From contig CAVOHZ010000010.1 in NCBI GenBank assembly GCA_963695855.1, forward strand, positions 1,408,001 through 1,472,000: DNA of 64,000 nt, in the 5' to 3' direction. Origin of the DNA: an uncultured Nitrososphaerales archaeon (GTDB taxonomy: Archaea; Thermoproteota; Nitrososphaeria; Nitrososphaerales; Nitrososphaeraceae). This document shows, in pieces, positions 21,979 to 32,393 of the stretch (the first letter of the stretch is position 1; each line of letters opens with the position of its first letter). The notes beneath the pieces were generated by a model that ran no database searches, was not told the DNA's origin, and was given only the letters and a program-made list of their open reading frames with translations. Position numbers and translations under genes: made by a program.

Positions 21979-22731
21979 ATGAAAAGACTGGAAGGAAAAG
22001 TTGCAGTAATAACAGGCGGAACCAGCGGCATCGGCCTTGCGACGGCCCAGCGGTTCGTGGAAGAGGGCGCATATGTTTTCATCACCGGTCGCCGCCAAGG
22101 CGAGCTTGACGCGGCAGTCAAGCAGATTGGCAAAAACAACGTTACCGGTGTTCAGGGTGATGTCTCAAATCTCGCAGATCTTGACCGGTTGTATGCCACG
22201 GTGAAGGAGCAGAAGGGCCGCATCGATATTCTGTTCGCCAACGCCGGCATCATAGAACTCGCACCTATAGAATCAATTACTGAATCCCATTTTGATAAAA
22301 TACTCAACATTAATGTTAAAGGACTATTGTTCACGGTACAAAAAGCACTTATGCTGTTTCAGGATGGTGGTTCAATCATCTTAACGAGTTCGAACGGGGG
22401 ATCCAAAGGTTTCGAGAGGTCGAGTGTTTACGGTGCGTCTAAGGCCGCAGTGCGGTCGTTTGCTCGCACATGGACAGTTGATCTGAAGCAGCGCAAGATC
22501 CGCGTCAACGCCATCAGCCCTGGCCCGATAGACACAGCCATCTTCAGTACCGCGGCACAGACTGAGGAACAGGCCAAGCAGACAAAGACCAGCCTTGTGG
22601 CCAGCGTGCCGATGGGCAGAATGGGAAGCCCTGACGAAATCGCGAAAGCCGCCACATTCCTCGCCTCAGACGACAGCAGTTATGTCACCGGCATCGAACT
22701 GTTCGTCGATGGGGGTATGACGCAAGTTTAG
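21979..22731 (+). CDS. Short-chain dehydrogenase/reductase
   Basis: [18 protein letters not shown] and VDGG motifs. Confidence 0.92.
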   Translation: MKRLEGKVAVITGGTSGIGLATAQRFVEEGAYVFITGRRQGELDAAVKQIGKNNVTGVQGDVSNLADLDRLYATVKEQKGRIDILFANAGIIELAPIESITESHFDKILNINVKGLLFTVQKALMLFQDGGSIILTSSNGGSKGFERSSVYGASKAAVRSFARTWTVDLKQRKIRVNAISPGPIDTAIFSTAAQTEEQAKQTKTSLVASVPMGRMGSPDEIAKAATFLASDDSSYVTGIELFVDGGMTQV

Positions 22732-23133
22732 ATCATGGGACTGCAGGCATTTGGCCTAGGCTACGCATAATATTCACTATCAGGGAAAGTGACTCACATG
22801 CGCCAGTCACCTGGATTGAAACGAGCCGGGTCTTTCCAAGGGGGCTTGCCTTACCTGAGTTTTTGTAAGCAGTAAGACAATTCTCCAATTCCAAGATTGA
22901 ATGAAACTTAGATAGGTGTCTGGAAACCCTAGACGACTAAAGATTTTATTATCTAGTAGTCTTTTACTACCTGTAATAAAATGACTAAGGGCAAATATTA
23001 TAATCCTATTCCTTTCCCAACTTCACAATCTCGGAGTTGCTCCGAAAATTTCAATAATAATATTGAAAATTTATCCAAAAACATTCCAGGTTCTTCTATC
23101 AAGTGAACAGGTAAGCCAAGAATAGAACCAATC

Positions 23134-23267
23134 AATACACCTCCTGACTCAATATTACTGTATCAAGACGAGAAAGGACCAAAAACAGCAAAGACATATG
23201 GCGGTCCATCATGGTGTTCAGTACAGACTAAGATAGAAAAAGCTAAGAAGATAAAAGGTCTTCTCAA
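23134..23267 (+). mobile_element. Internal IS630 transposase fragment
   Basis: NTPPDSILLYQDEKGPKTAKTYGGPSWCSVQTKIEK..KGLLN aligns with 16945-17253. Confidence 0.75.
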
Positions 23268-24166
23268 TGCGTGTGCGCGAGCTTCGTCCACTGCTCAAGG
23301 ACTGGATTGATAAGCGGGTACAAGATATTATTGACGGCCGTGTCCCCAATCCCGAGAAGACCATGGTTTACTACTGGATCAAGAACGGAGAGTTGGGAGA
23401 GAACTTTAGAAGAAAAGACATCATTTTCGAATGCTTCCACAACTTTCTTGCGTTCAGCCAGTGGGGAAATATGCTCTACAACGTTATGGCCCAATTCGAG
23501 GCAACAAAGGGGGATTCTGCTGTTCGCTCTTGGTTTGAAAAGACGATGAAGGACGCCCCCGATGAAAGTGACAAATCCTCGTTTACACGGCTTGACCGCT
23601 TCGTAATGGAGTTGTTCCGCACTATAGCACCAAACCCCGGCAGTACTTCAGCGCTTCCTGCTATGCAACAACCTTTTGGCACCGGGCACCCTGGCTTCAG
23701 CACTATCGTTACGCCCCACTCTGGAACCGGCAGAGATCCACTCAACTGGAAGAACCCAAATGAATTTGACCCTGAACGCTACAAGCAGGCTCCGACGAGT
23801 GAACAGAACGACGAAGCCAAGGCCAAGCAAATCGGGTTGGCCCAGTCTCCATTCAGCAAGGAAGATTTTCAAGTTAAGGACGGCAGGCATGCTTCGATAA
23901 CTAACAGTGCTTTTGGTGCCGTGTACCCACGTGTGGACAAGAAGGCCTATCCAGTATGTGACACTGCAGGATATGCTCCATTTGGCTTCGGATACCGCCG
24001 TTGCGCGGGTGAATTCCTCACCGTTGGTTTGTTGAAGGATCTATTAAGAAAGGTGTGGAGCGAAAAGATCGTCTTCATCAGGCTCAACGTCGACCATCCC
24101 GACTTGTTACCGGTGGGACCCCGTACGGTTGTGCCGGACAACATAGGCTTTAAGAGGACTCGGTAA
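23267..24166 (+). pseudogene. 5'-truncated atypical cytochrome P450
   Basis: ELFR (ExxR), FDPERY and PFGFGYRRCAG heme motif; only 299 aa; abuts the IS630 fragment. Confidence 0.75.
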
Positions 24167-24287
24167 TCACAGACTAGTAAGTGACTTTTTTACTTCATTT
24201 TTTAAAGCACATATTGTTTTTACATTATTGAACGGACTTTAACTGTAGAGACCACGGTCGTTAGACCTAGAATGACCCCAGTGTGGT

Positions 24288-25556
24288 GTGCCAAAACCTT
24301 TTATTCAATCAAAGCCGCTGAAAAGTGGATTAAAATTGCCAACAGCAGAAAAAGATCTCAAGCCAACAGCACCAAAGCCATTGCCGCTACCTAATAGTGA
24401 TTTTTACCAACTCGCCGAAACTCTACCTCCAGAGGAACTTGCGACCTTGAGACAGGTGCGCTCGTTCATGGAGAGCAAGGTCGCTCCGATAATTAACAAG
24501 TACTGGATCGAGGATTCGTTTCCATTCGAGTTACTTCCCGCTTTCAAGGAGTTGAATCTCGGCGGTGTTGGGATGCAGGGCTATGGTTGCAAAGGAGGAA
24601 GCGCGCTGCTCGCTGGCCTCATTGCAATGGAGATGGCACGCACTGACGCTTCGTTCGCGACATTTTTTGGCGTCCACAATGGCCTTGCCATGGGCTCTAT
24701 CTATGCCACCGGATCAGAAGAGCAGAAACAAAAGTGGCTGCCGCCGATGGCCCGCTTCGAAAAAATTGGTTGCTTCGGCTTAACCGAACCGCTTGTAGGC
24801 TCCGGTGTATCCGGCGGTCTAATGACGACCGCGAAAAAGGACGGCGACACCTGGGTCTTGAACGGCCAAAAGAAGTGGATCGGCAATTCTCCATGGTGTG
24901 ACATCTCGATTATCTGGGCGCGCGATGTCACAGATAACCAGGTCAAAGGTTTCATCGTTGAGAACAAGACAACGCCTGGCTTTAGCGTCGAGAAGATTCA
25001 GAACAAGTTTGGGCTCAAGGTGGTCCAGAACGGCTTGATCACACTGGAGGACGTTCGTGTCCCGGAAGAGAACCATCTCCAGGCAGGCAAGTCGTTCCGC
25101 GACACGGCGCGGGTGCTGCGCCAGACACGATATGGCGTAGGATGGATGGCTACTGGATGCCAGATGGGCGCTTTCGAACATACGCTCAAGTACGCGCAGG
25201 AACGCTTGCAGTTTGGAAAGCCTATTGGCTCATTTCAACTTATCCAGGATCTTCTCGCAAAGATGCTAGCTAACGTCACCGCCTGCCAGTGTTTGGTGGT
25301 TCGCACGGGGCAGCTGGACGACCAGGGCAAGTTAACGGACGCTCAAGCAGCGCTTTCCAAGGCGTTTACCACGGCCAAGTGTCGCGAGACTGTAGCGTGG
25401 GGGCGGGAGATATTTGGCGGCAACGGTCTTACTATCGATTACAATATCGGCCGCTTCTTCACCGACGCCGAAGCGCTTCTCTCTTACGAAGGGACGTATC
25501 AGATGCAGAACCTCATTCTCGGCAAAGCCATCACGGGGTTGAGTGCCTTTGTGTAA
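24288..25556 (+). CDS. Acyl-CoA dehydrogenase (glutaryl-CoA dehydrogenase / ACX4-like group)
   Basis: CFGLTEPLVGS, LNGQKKWIGN, RLQFGKPIG, FGGNG and SYEGT motifs. Confidence 0.92.
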   Translation: MPKPFIQSKPLKSGLKLPTAEKDLKPTAPKPLPLPNSDFYQLAETLPPEELATLRQVRSFMESKVAPIINKYWIEDSFPFELLPAFKELNLGGVGMQGYGCKGGSALLAGLIAMEMARTDASFATFFGVHNGLAMGSIYATGSEEQKQKWLPPMARFEKIGCFGLTEPLVGSGVSGGLMTTAKKDGDTWVLNGQKKWIGNSPWCDISIIWARDVTDNQVKGFIVENKTTPGFSVEKIQNKFGLKVVQNGLITLEDVRVPEENHLQAGKSFRDTARVLRQTRYGVGWMATGCQMGAFEHTLKYAQERLQFGKPIGSFQLIQDLLAKMLANVTACQCLVVRTGQLDDQGKLTDAQAALSKAFTTAKCRETVAWGREIFGGNGLTIDYNIGRFFTDAEALLSYEGTYQMQNLILGKAITGLSAFV

Positions 25557-25614
25557 CTCCAACGCAATCAGAAAACCAAATCGTCGTCAATATCAATAGA
25601 GGATATACGATCTT

Positions 25615-26412
25615 ATGAGTTCAACATTAACACTTGAGAACATTTTATATGAGAAAAAGGGTCCCATCGCCTATGTAACCATAAATCGTCCCAAAGTGTT
25701 GAATGCTCTCAATCAAAAGACGTGGGAGAATTTGCGTGCAGCTTTTGAAGATGCACGGGACGACATTGTAATTCGCGGCGTTATCCTAACTGGAGCCGGC
25801 GACAAAGCGTTCATAGCCGGAGCAGACATTAGCGAGATCGCGACGATCACGGCCGTCGAAGCACAAAAGTCGAGCAGTTACGGACAGGAGGTTCTCAACC
25901 TCATAGAAAATCTCGGCAAGCCTGTGATAGCAGCAGTGAACGGCTTTGCGCTTGGCGGCGGATGCGAAACGGCCATGGCCTGTACCATAAGGTTGGCCGC
26001 AGAGAACGCGGAATTTGGCCAGCCTGAAGTCACGTTGGGGATCATTCCCGGCGGCGGTGGAACTCAACGTTTGCCGCGGCTGGTCGGTAAGGGCCGGGCT
26101 CTCCAGATCATACTCTCAGGAGAAATGATCAACGCTCAGGAGGCATATCGTATTGGGCTCGTTAACGAAGTCGTTCCCGCTGTCGCTGATTTAATCTCGC
26201 GCGCGGAAGCAATACTGAATCAGGTTTTCAAGAATGCTCCGATCGCTGTGAAGTACTCGCTCGAGGCAGTGAACAAAGGATTGGAAACGAGCATCACCGA
26301 AGGCTTATCGCTTGAGGCTTCATTGTTCGGAATTTGTGCAGCAACAGAAGACAAGAAAGAGGGAACGCAGGCGTTTCTGCAAAAGCGTCCAGCAAAGTTT
26401 AAGGGCAAGTAA
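25615..26412 (+). CDS. Enoyl-CoA hydratase (crotonase)
   Basis: AFIAGADI, GFALGGGCE and QPEVTLGIIPGGGGTQRL; both catalytic Glu present. Confidence 0.92.
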   Translation: MSSTLTLENILYEKKGPIAYVTINRPKVLNALNQKTWENLRAAFEDARDDIVIRGVILTGAGDKAFIAGADISEIATITAVEAQKSSSYGQEVLNLIENLGKPVIAAVNGFALGGGCETAMACTIRLAAENAEFGQPEVTLGIIPGGGGTQRLPRLVGKGRALQIILSGEMINAQEAYRIGLVNEVVPAVADLISRAEAILNQVFKNAPIAVKYSLEAVNKGLETSITEGLSLEASLFGICAATEDKKEGTQAFLQKRPAKFKGK

Positions 26413-26435
26413 AATCTAGCAAGAGCAAAACACTT

Positions 26436-27695
26436 ATGGCAACTGAAAATACAACGACAATAACCGACGATAACATCTTCTCGGGATTGAAGGTAGTCGA
26501 TCTTGCGAGCTTCATAGCCGGTCCTGGCGCAGCAGTGATCTTGTCCGATTTCGGCGCCAACGTGATCAAGGTCGAACCACCCAAGGGCGAATTGTGGAGG
26601 AACGCGAACAAAATTCCCCCGCAACCGTTGGCCAAGGACGCTTATGCCTGGCATCTGAACAATCGCAACAAGCGTGGGTTGGCTATAGATTTGAAATCAT
26701 CCGATGCAGGAAAGATTTTGGAGCGCTTGGTCAGGTGGGCGGACGTGCTGATCGTCAACACTCCGCATCCGGCGCGTAAGAAACTAAAGTTGGAGTATGA
26801 GGATGTTGCGCAGTGGAATTCCCGGCTGATTTACGCCGACCTGACCGGCTACGGCGAAAAGGGCCCCGACGCTGATCTACCAGGATTTGACGTCACGGCC
26901 TACTGGTCGCGAAGTGGCTTGCTCTCTCTTACACGCGATGCTGGCGCTCCCCCAACATGGCCCTTCGCGGGCACCGGAGATAGCCCGACGGCCGTTGGGC
27001 TGTTTGCCGCGATCGTTATGGGCCTGTATCGACGCGAGCGCACAGGCAAGGGCTCTTACGTTACGACGTCGCTATTAGCCGAAGGCGTCTGGTCCGCCAG
27101 CGTCGCTATTCAGGCAGCGCTTTGCGAGGCCAAATTCTCCCCGCAGCATGACAGAAAAAATCCGGCAAACGCGGCGATGAATCTGTACAAGAGTTCTGAT
27201 GACATCTGGTTCCTGCTTGTCGTCACGCCTGACAAGATACCGGCGTTCGCGGCAGGTATCGGCCGCACCGATCTTCTGAAGGATCCGCGATTCGCCGATC
27301 CGGCTAAGCTGGCTGCGAATATGGGCCAGCTGACGGCTATAATGGACGAGATCTTCAGTGCGCAGCCAATGGAGTACTGGCGCGAAGTCTTAGACAAGGC
27401 CCACATAACCTACGGTTTAGTGCGGGATCCGAGTGACGTTATCAAGGATCCACAATTGCGCGAGAATGAAATCGTCGTTCCGCTCGAGGGCGCTGGCGGG
27501 AACCTAAAAAGCACGATCAGCAGTCCTATTCAAGTGCACGGCATCACTAAAGTACCTGCAAAACGAGCCCCGGAACTTGGAGAACACGACGAAGAGATTC
27601 TTAAGGATCTAGGGTTCGACGTGAAGGAAATAGACGGCTTTCGTACAAGCGGCACGCTTGGTAGGAAACCAAAGGAACGGGCGAAAGGAGCATAG
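26436..27695 (+). CDS. Class III CoA-transferase (CaiB/BaiF, formyl-CoA transferase-like)
   Basis: KVVDLASFIAGP, GANVIKVEPP, NRNKR, PGFD and APELGEH motifs. Confidence 0.92.
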   Translation: MATENTTTITDDNIFSGLKVVDLASFIAGPGAAVILSDFGANVIKVEPPKGELWRNANKIPPQPLAKDAYAWHLNNRNKRGLAIDLKSSDAGKILERLVRWADVLIVNTPHPARKKLKLEYEDVAQWNSRLIYADLTGYGEKGPDADLPGFDVTAYWSRSGLLSLTRDAGAPPTWPFAGTGDSPTAVGLFAAIVMGLYRRERTGKGSYVTTSLLAEGVWSASVAIQAALCEAKFSPQHDRKNPANAAMNLYKSSDDIWFLLVVTPDKIPAFAAGIGRTDLLKDPRFADPAKLAANMGQLTAIMDEIFSAQPMEYWREVLDKAHITYGLVRDPSDVIKDPQLRENEIVVPLEGAGGNLKSTISSPIQVHGITKVPAKRAPELGEHDEEILKDLGFDVKEIDGFRTSGTLGRKPKERAKGA

Positions 27696-27868
27696 GCTTT
27701 TCCAAATGCACAGAATCAGAATGAAAAAATCAGTGACTTCTATGCTCCAAAGTGGGATGAAATTATAGAATCACAACTTAAGGAAGTAAAAGGATTACTG
27801 CATGTTGACGACAAGAAAGATGAAATTAATGAAATCTTAAGATTTATAGCATATGTTTTCAAACAGCT

Positions 27869-28825
27869 TCAAAATTCACCAATCGAATGCATAAGTCTGA
27901 ACTGTTCATCACCTTTGTCTTTTATGGGCAACATGGTTACCATAAGTTCGTCTAATCCTGAAGCAAGAAGCTCTGAAAACCTGACAGTCACTGTGTCTTC
28001 GTTTCCTGATATGACCAAGTTGTCTACTAGAGTATCAGGCGCAACGCTACCAAGTGTTGTAGGAAAGCCCGCTCTGGTGAACATTTTGACATAGAAAGGC
28101 AACGTTATATTATTCTCTTCTATGTATTGATGTCCTGCTGCCATTGCCAAGTGGCGATCTGTAGTAAGTGCTACTAGAACATGTGCTACTAATGAAGGAG
28201 GAGATGCTGATCGTCCTGCCATAGCTGCCCCTTTTCGTAATGCGGGTAGTCCGGTATTTAGTAGATATGGAACAGGGCATAACCATGAAAGAGCTCCGTC
28301 GGCGATTTCACCTGCCAATTGGAAGGCCTTCTCTCCTAGTGCAGAAACCAATATTGGAACCCGTGCAGTATTGCGCGGTGTGGTGACTACAACGTTAAAG
28401 AACTCTCCATGGTGATTGACTTTTCCTTCCCATAATACAGCACGCAAAACTTCTACATATTCTCTTAAATGTACTAACGGTTTTCTGTGCGACAACCCAA
28501 AGATACCTTCTATAATAGAACTATGACTAGGGCCTATCCCAAGCCGCAACCGACCTGGTGCAATATCGTTCAAAACCAAGACCTGCTGTGCCAAAGCCAA
28601 CGGATGACGCGGATACGTCTGTACAATTGCGGTACCCAAACGCACTGCAGAAGTTTTTGTTGCCGCAGCTGCAAATATTGTCAATGTATCTAGATGTCCT
28701 TGATTCATCCATATTTGTCTGATTCCAGCTGCCTCAGCCGCTACAATTTTCTTTATAGCGGCTGCTGGACGTTCGTTATAGCCTTCGCCGACAACAAATC
28801 CCACTTGCTCCTTGATTGACTTCAT
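27869..28825 (-). CDS. LLM-class flavin/F420-dependent oxidoreductase
   Basis: RLGTAIVQTYPRHP, GRLRLGIGPSH and LAGEIADG motifs. Confidence 0.88.
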   Translation of the reverse strand: MKSIKEQVGFVVGEGYNERPAAAIKKIVAAEAAGIRQIWMNQGHLDTLTIFAAAATKTSAVRLGTAIVQTYPRHPLALAQQVLVLNDIAPGRLRLGIGPSHSSIIEGIFGLSHRKPLVHLREYVEVLRAVLWEGKVNHHGEFFNVVVTTPRNTARVPILVSALGEKAFQLAGEIADGALSWLCPVPYLLNTGLPALRKGAAMAGRSASPPSLVAHVLVALTTDRHLAMAAGHQYIEENNITLPFYVKMFTRAGFPTTLGSVAPDTLVDNLVISGNEDTVTVRFSELLASGLDELMVTMLPIKDKGDEQFRLMHSIGEF

Positions 28826-29099
28826 AAATATTATGGTGCTTGTAAGTACATAAATAGTGCTTTAAAAACCCTTTATGATTTAGCTGTTACAGATATTGTT
28901 GATATTGTTGTTGTCTTTTTTTAGTAATTTTCTTTTTTTCTGTTTCTCTCTTCAGTGTTTATCATCTTAAACATTCTATTGTCTTAGATTGGTATACGTT
29001 TAGTGCAAGTCAATTCAATTGGTGTTTTTGGTATACTATTTGTAATATTGTCCATCCATTTTTAGCGGTTCAGATGTACAAAATAGACAGCTAATAAAT

Positions 29100-30414
29100 G
29101 TGGCCAGTGGGTTTGCAGAAAAATATAAGACATTCGATGCGATCTATATAACAGTGAATATCTTCCCTTCTCCTGAACAAAGGTTTAACCCTTTTCAGTT
29201 TTATGCAGATATGAGACATTATAATCCTGTAGCATATGATGAGCGGAATAATGTATGGGGTGTATTTCGTTATTATGATGTTCAAGCTATTCTATGAGAC
29301 TATACGCATTTTTCTTCAGTTATTCCAACAACAACAACAAAGCAAAGGATGGCACTTTCAATTCCAAGTTTGCTTAGAACTGATCCTCCATATCATAGAA
29401 CATTGAGAGGCGTAGTTGCATCAGCATTTACTCCCATGGCAATATCTAAGTTAGGACCAAGAATAGAGAGCATTACTCATGATTTACTTAATCAGGTAAT
29501 AGAGAAAGGGAATATGGATCTCATAAGTGATTTAGCCTATCCATTACCTGTAACAGTCATTGCTGAACTTCTAGGTATTCCATTGCAAGACAGGGATACT
29601 TTCCATGTCTGGGGTGACAAATTTAACAAGCATGCTGGGAAACAGCATTTTATGGTAGAGGATCAAGATGCAGATAAGGATCTCGTATTAATCCAAAGTG
29701 AAATGGATGATTATTTCAATGGCATTATAGATAAAAGAACAATATCTCCCCAGTCAGATCTCAAGCAATTTAATAAAAGCCGAAGCTGATGGACATCATC
29801 TATCAAGAGAGGAAATTCTTAATTTCTGTTCTATACTTCTCATTGCAGGACATGTAACTACAGTTAATCTAATAGGAAATACAATTCTTTCGTTGCTTCA
29901 AAATCCACAAGAATTCAAGAAATTAAAGGACGATAGATCATCTTCATCTTCATCTTCATCATCTTTGATTTCATCTACAATAGAAGAGACTCTACGATAT
30001 AGGTCTCCTGTTCAATTTATGGGTCGTAGGACAACACAAGAGGTATCAATTGGAGAACAAAAAATACCATCAGGACAAAGTATTATTGTATGGCTAGGGT
30101 CAGCTAACCATGATGAATTAGTATTTCCAGATCCAGAAAAGTTTGATATATCACGTAAACCTCATGGTCATTCTCATGTAGGATTTGGTCATGGAATTCA
30201 TTTTTGTCTGGGAGCCCCTTTGGCTAGACTTGAGGCTAATATAGCAATCAAAATAATACTTGAGAGGTTACAGGATTTAGAGTTAGATGACAGTAAAAAA
30301 GAGGCCATAAAGCCACTCGAGGGCTTAAACCTACATGGTGTATCTCACCTACCTTTGAGATTTACAGCTGGTAAGGTAGTTAAAACAGAAGAAAATCAAC
30401 ACAATCCAATCTAG
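29100..30414 (+). pseudogene. Cytochrome P450 pseudogene (soluble prokaryotic type)
   Basis: DPPYH, AGHVTT, EETLRY and FGHGIHFCLG; nonsense at 29295-29297 and a frameshift at ~29765. Confidence 0.88.
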
Positions 30415-30677
30415 TATTGTTGTTTTCTACGGTTTGGTTGTGGACTTATCTGCTAAAAAGGAAATAGATGCCATCTAGACAAACACATATAGAAAATTTA
30501 GCGAAGAAACATTTCAGTCTTTGATGGTAGGCCATCACCATTCTATTTTAGGATAATAAATGATAACACGCAAAGTTCCTGGCATGTACGAGTAACTGTT
30601 GTCCTTGTTATTGTGGCTCACTTTCCAATCTAACACTTTCCGAATTATGGTTACGTCGTTTGTATTTTGGACCTAAA

Positions 30678-30865
30678 ATTCATTTTTGGTTAGGTGCTCC
30701 TTTAGCTAGACTTGAAGGACAAATAGCACTGAGAATAATTCTTAAGATTTAAAAATATTCAATTTAATTTTGATTATAGTGATAGACAAAATCTATATAC
30801 TAAAGTTAGTACACTCAAAAGTTCTTTTTTACTTGGCTTAACACATTTACCTTTATGTTTCCAAT
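30678..30865 (+). pseudogene. Remnant of another P450 C-terminus
   Basis: IHFWLGAPLARLEGQIALRIIL ... GLTHLPL, similar to 30196-30360. Confidence 0.7.
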
Positions 30866-30934
30866 CTACAAATAGACGATAAAATTTGGACATATCCATT
30901 TAGTTTGAACATCTTGTACATATATAGTATACAG

Positions 30935-31971
30935 TAGATCGTTTGCGTAATTAGATAAAATCTATTATATATCTTGATGATGCCTTATATTGCTATCATC
31001 TTCTGTTGTGTATTATTCGATAATTTACTAAACCAGAAACAATATCTGACATTGTATCGTATCTTTTCAATCTGTTTCTGTATTTGTTTCCCATAATACT
31101 AAATTTCTTTATTCTACATATAGTATGTTCTACTATTACTCTCTGTCTACGATGTCTTTTGTTGTACATTTTCTCTTTTTCTGTAAGGTCAATATTACGT
31201 TTCTTCTTTACAGGTAATACTGCTTTGATATCTGGAAAATCTTTTTCTACTCCAATATAACCAAGATCAAAATAGTTTTTTACATCTTTTGGTGTTGTCG
31301 GATGAACATCTTTGTATACTGTATAGTCATGCTCTCTTCCTTCTTCATGGTTTGATTTATGTAATATTTCTCCTTTTTTGTTTACCATATACTGTGTCTT
31401 TACAGTATGTTTTTTCTTTTTTCCAGAATAGTACTCTTTTCTTCTTGTTTTGTCTGTAGGTACTGGAATTTCCTGTTCTGTTGAATCTATAAATGCTTTA
31501 AATCCTGGAAAATACAGTTCTACTTCATCTACTGTTCTTAATCTTCTTGTTACGTTGTATATTTTTTGAGGTAGTGGAATACAACTTTTTACTATAGGTT
31601 CCATATATCTTACATCTCTATGTACATTGCTCTGATCCAGATCAAACAAAAATCCTGTTAATGCATTGGTTATGTATAGTTTATAGTACACAAGAAGCAT
31701 AACAAATCTATCTCTTGTTGTATGTTTGAAATGTCTTCCAGCTCCTAAATTTCTTTTTCTCTTTCTTTTTGATAGACGTTTTATCTCATATTTTGGATAT
31801 TTTGATTCTACTTGCTTACAAATAGAATCAAACTCAGATAATTCCAATCCTGTAAAGGATCTAAACAATAACGGTTTTTTAGATAAACTATCATAATTGA
31901 GCAAATTTATGAGAAATTAGTATAGAAATGAGGAATATAGCTGTAAGCTTTCTAATTATGCAATAGATCTA
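30935..31971 (-). mobile_element. IS5-family (ISL2-like) element, apparently intact
   Basis: TIRs TAGATCGTTTGCGTAATTAGA / TAGATCTATTGCATAATTAGA (18/21) flank a single transposase ORF. Confidence 0.88.
30996..31904 (-). CDS. IS5-family DDE transposase
   Basis: FIDSTEQ, YSGKKKKH, FDLGY and RVIVEHTICRIK motifs. Confidence 0.9.
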   Translation of the reverse strand: MLNYDSLSKKPLLFRSFTGLELSEFDSICKQVESKYPKYEIKRLSKRKRKRNLGAGRHFKHTTRDRFVMLLVYYKLYITNALTGFLFDLDQSNVHRDVRYMEPIVKSCIPLPQKIYNVTRRLRTVDEVELYFPGFKAFIDSTEQEIPVPTDKTRRKEYYSGKKKKHTVKTQYMVNKKGEILHKSNHEEGREHDYTVYKDVHPTTPKDVKNYFDLGYIGVEKDFPDIKAVLPVKKKRNIDLTEKEKMYNKRHRRQRVIVEHTICRIKKFSIMGNKYRNRLKRYDTMSDIVSGLVNYRIIHNRR

Positions 31972-32393
31972 GTATAGAATTAAAATCAATCAAAAATCAC
32001 TTTACAATCATAATAAAGTCATACATCTATAGAGAAATTTATTTAACTTTATTCGTGGAAGGTTATATATGGTTGTAACAAAGGTTAGCAAACAGATTTG
32101 TCTAACCGAACACGGTCAAAACTATAGTTGTAGACTTAAAAAGAAAATACGTCTAATCAAATATCAAATATAGTGATCGAAAACGAACTAAGAAGAACTT
32201 TACTCATCTTGGTGCTTTATATTTCAAGATGGAACTCGGTTTACTGCAAAAATCATACAGAAATGACGAAAATACAACATTCTAAATGGCGAATATTTGG
32301 AAAAGACAATAAGAAAAGAAAATAGTGGATGGGTGCTTTGGTTTATTTATGTCAGACTACTTTACATAATTATAATAACAATAAACCTCTTAA

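Noticed and set aside
12531-27406. Many 60-146 aa ORFs overlapping or antisense to the GC-rich genes
   Set aside because: Shadow ORFs expected from fewer stop codons at high GC; no recognisable motifs
29295-29297. TGA in the P450 as selenocysteine readthrough
   Set aside because: Not a Cys position, and the gene also has a frameshift; simple nonsense is more likely
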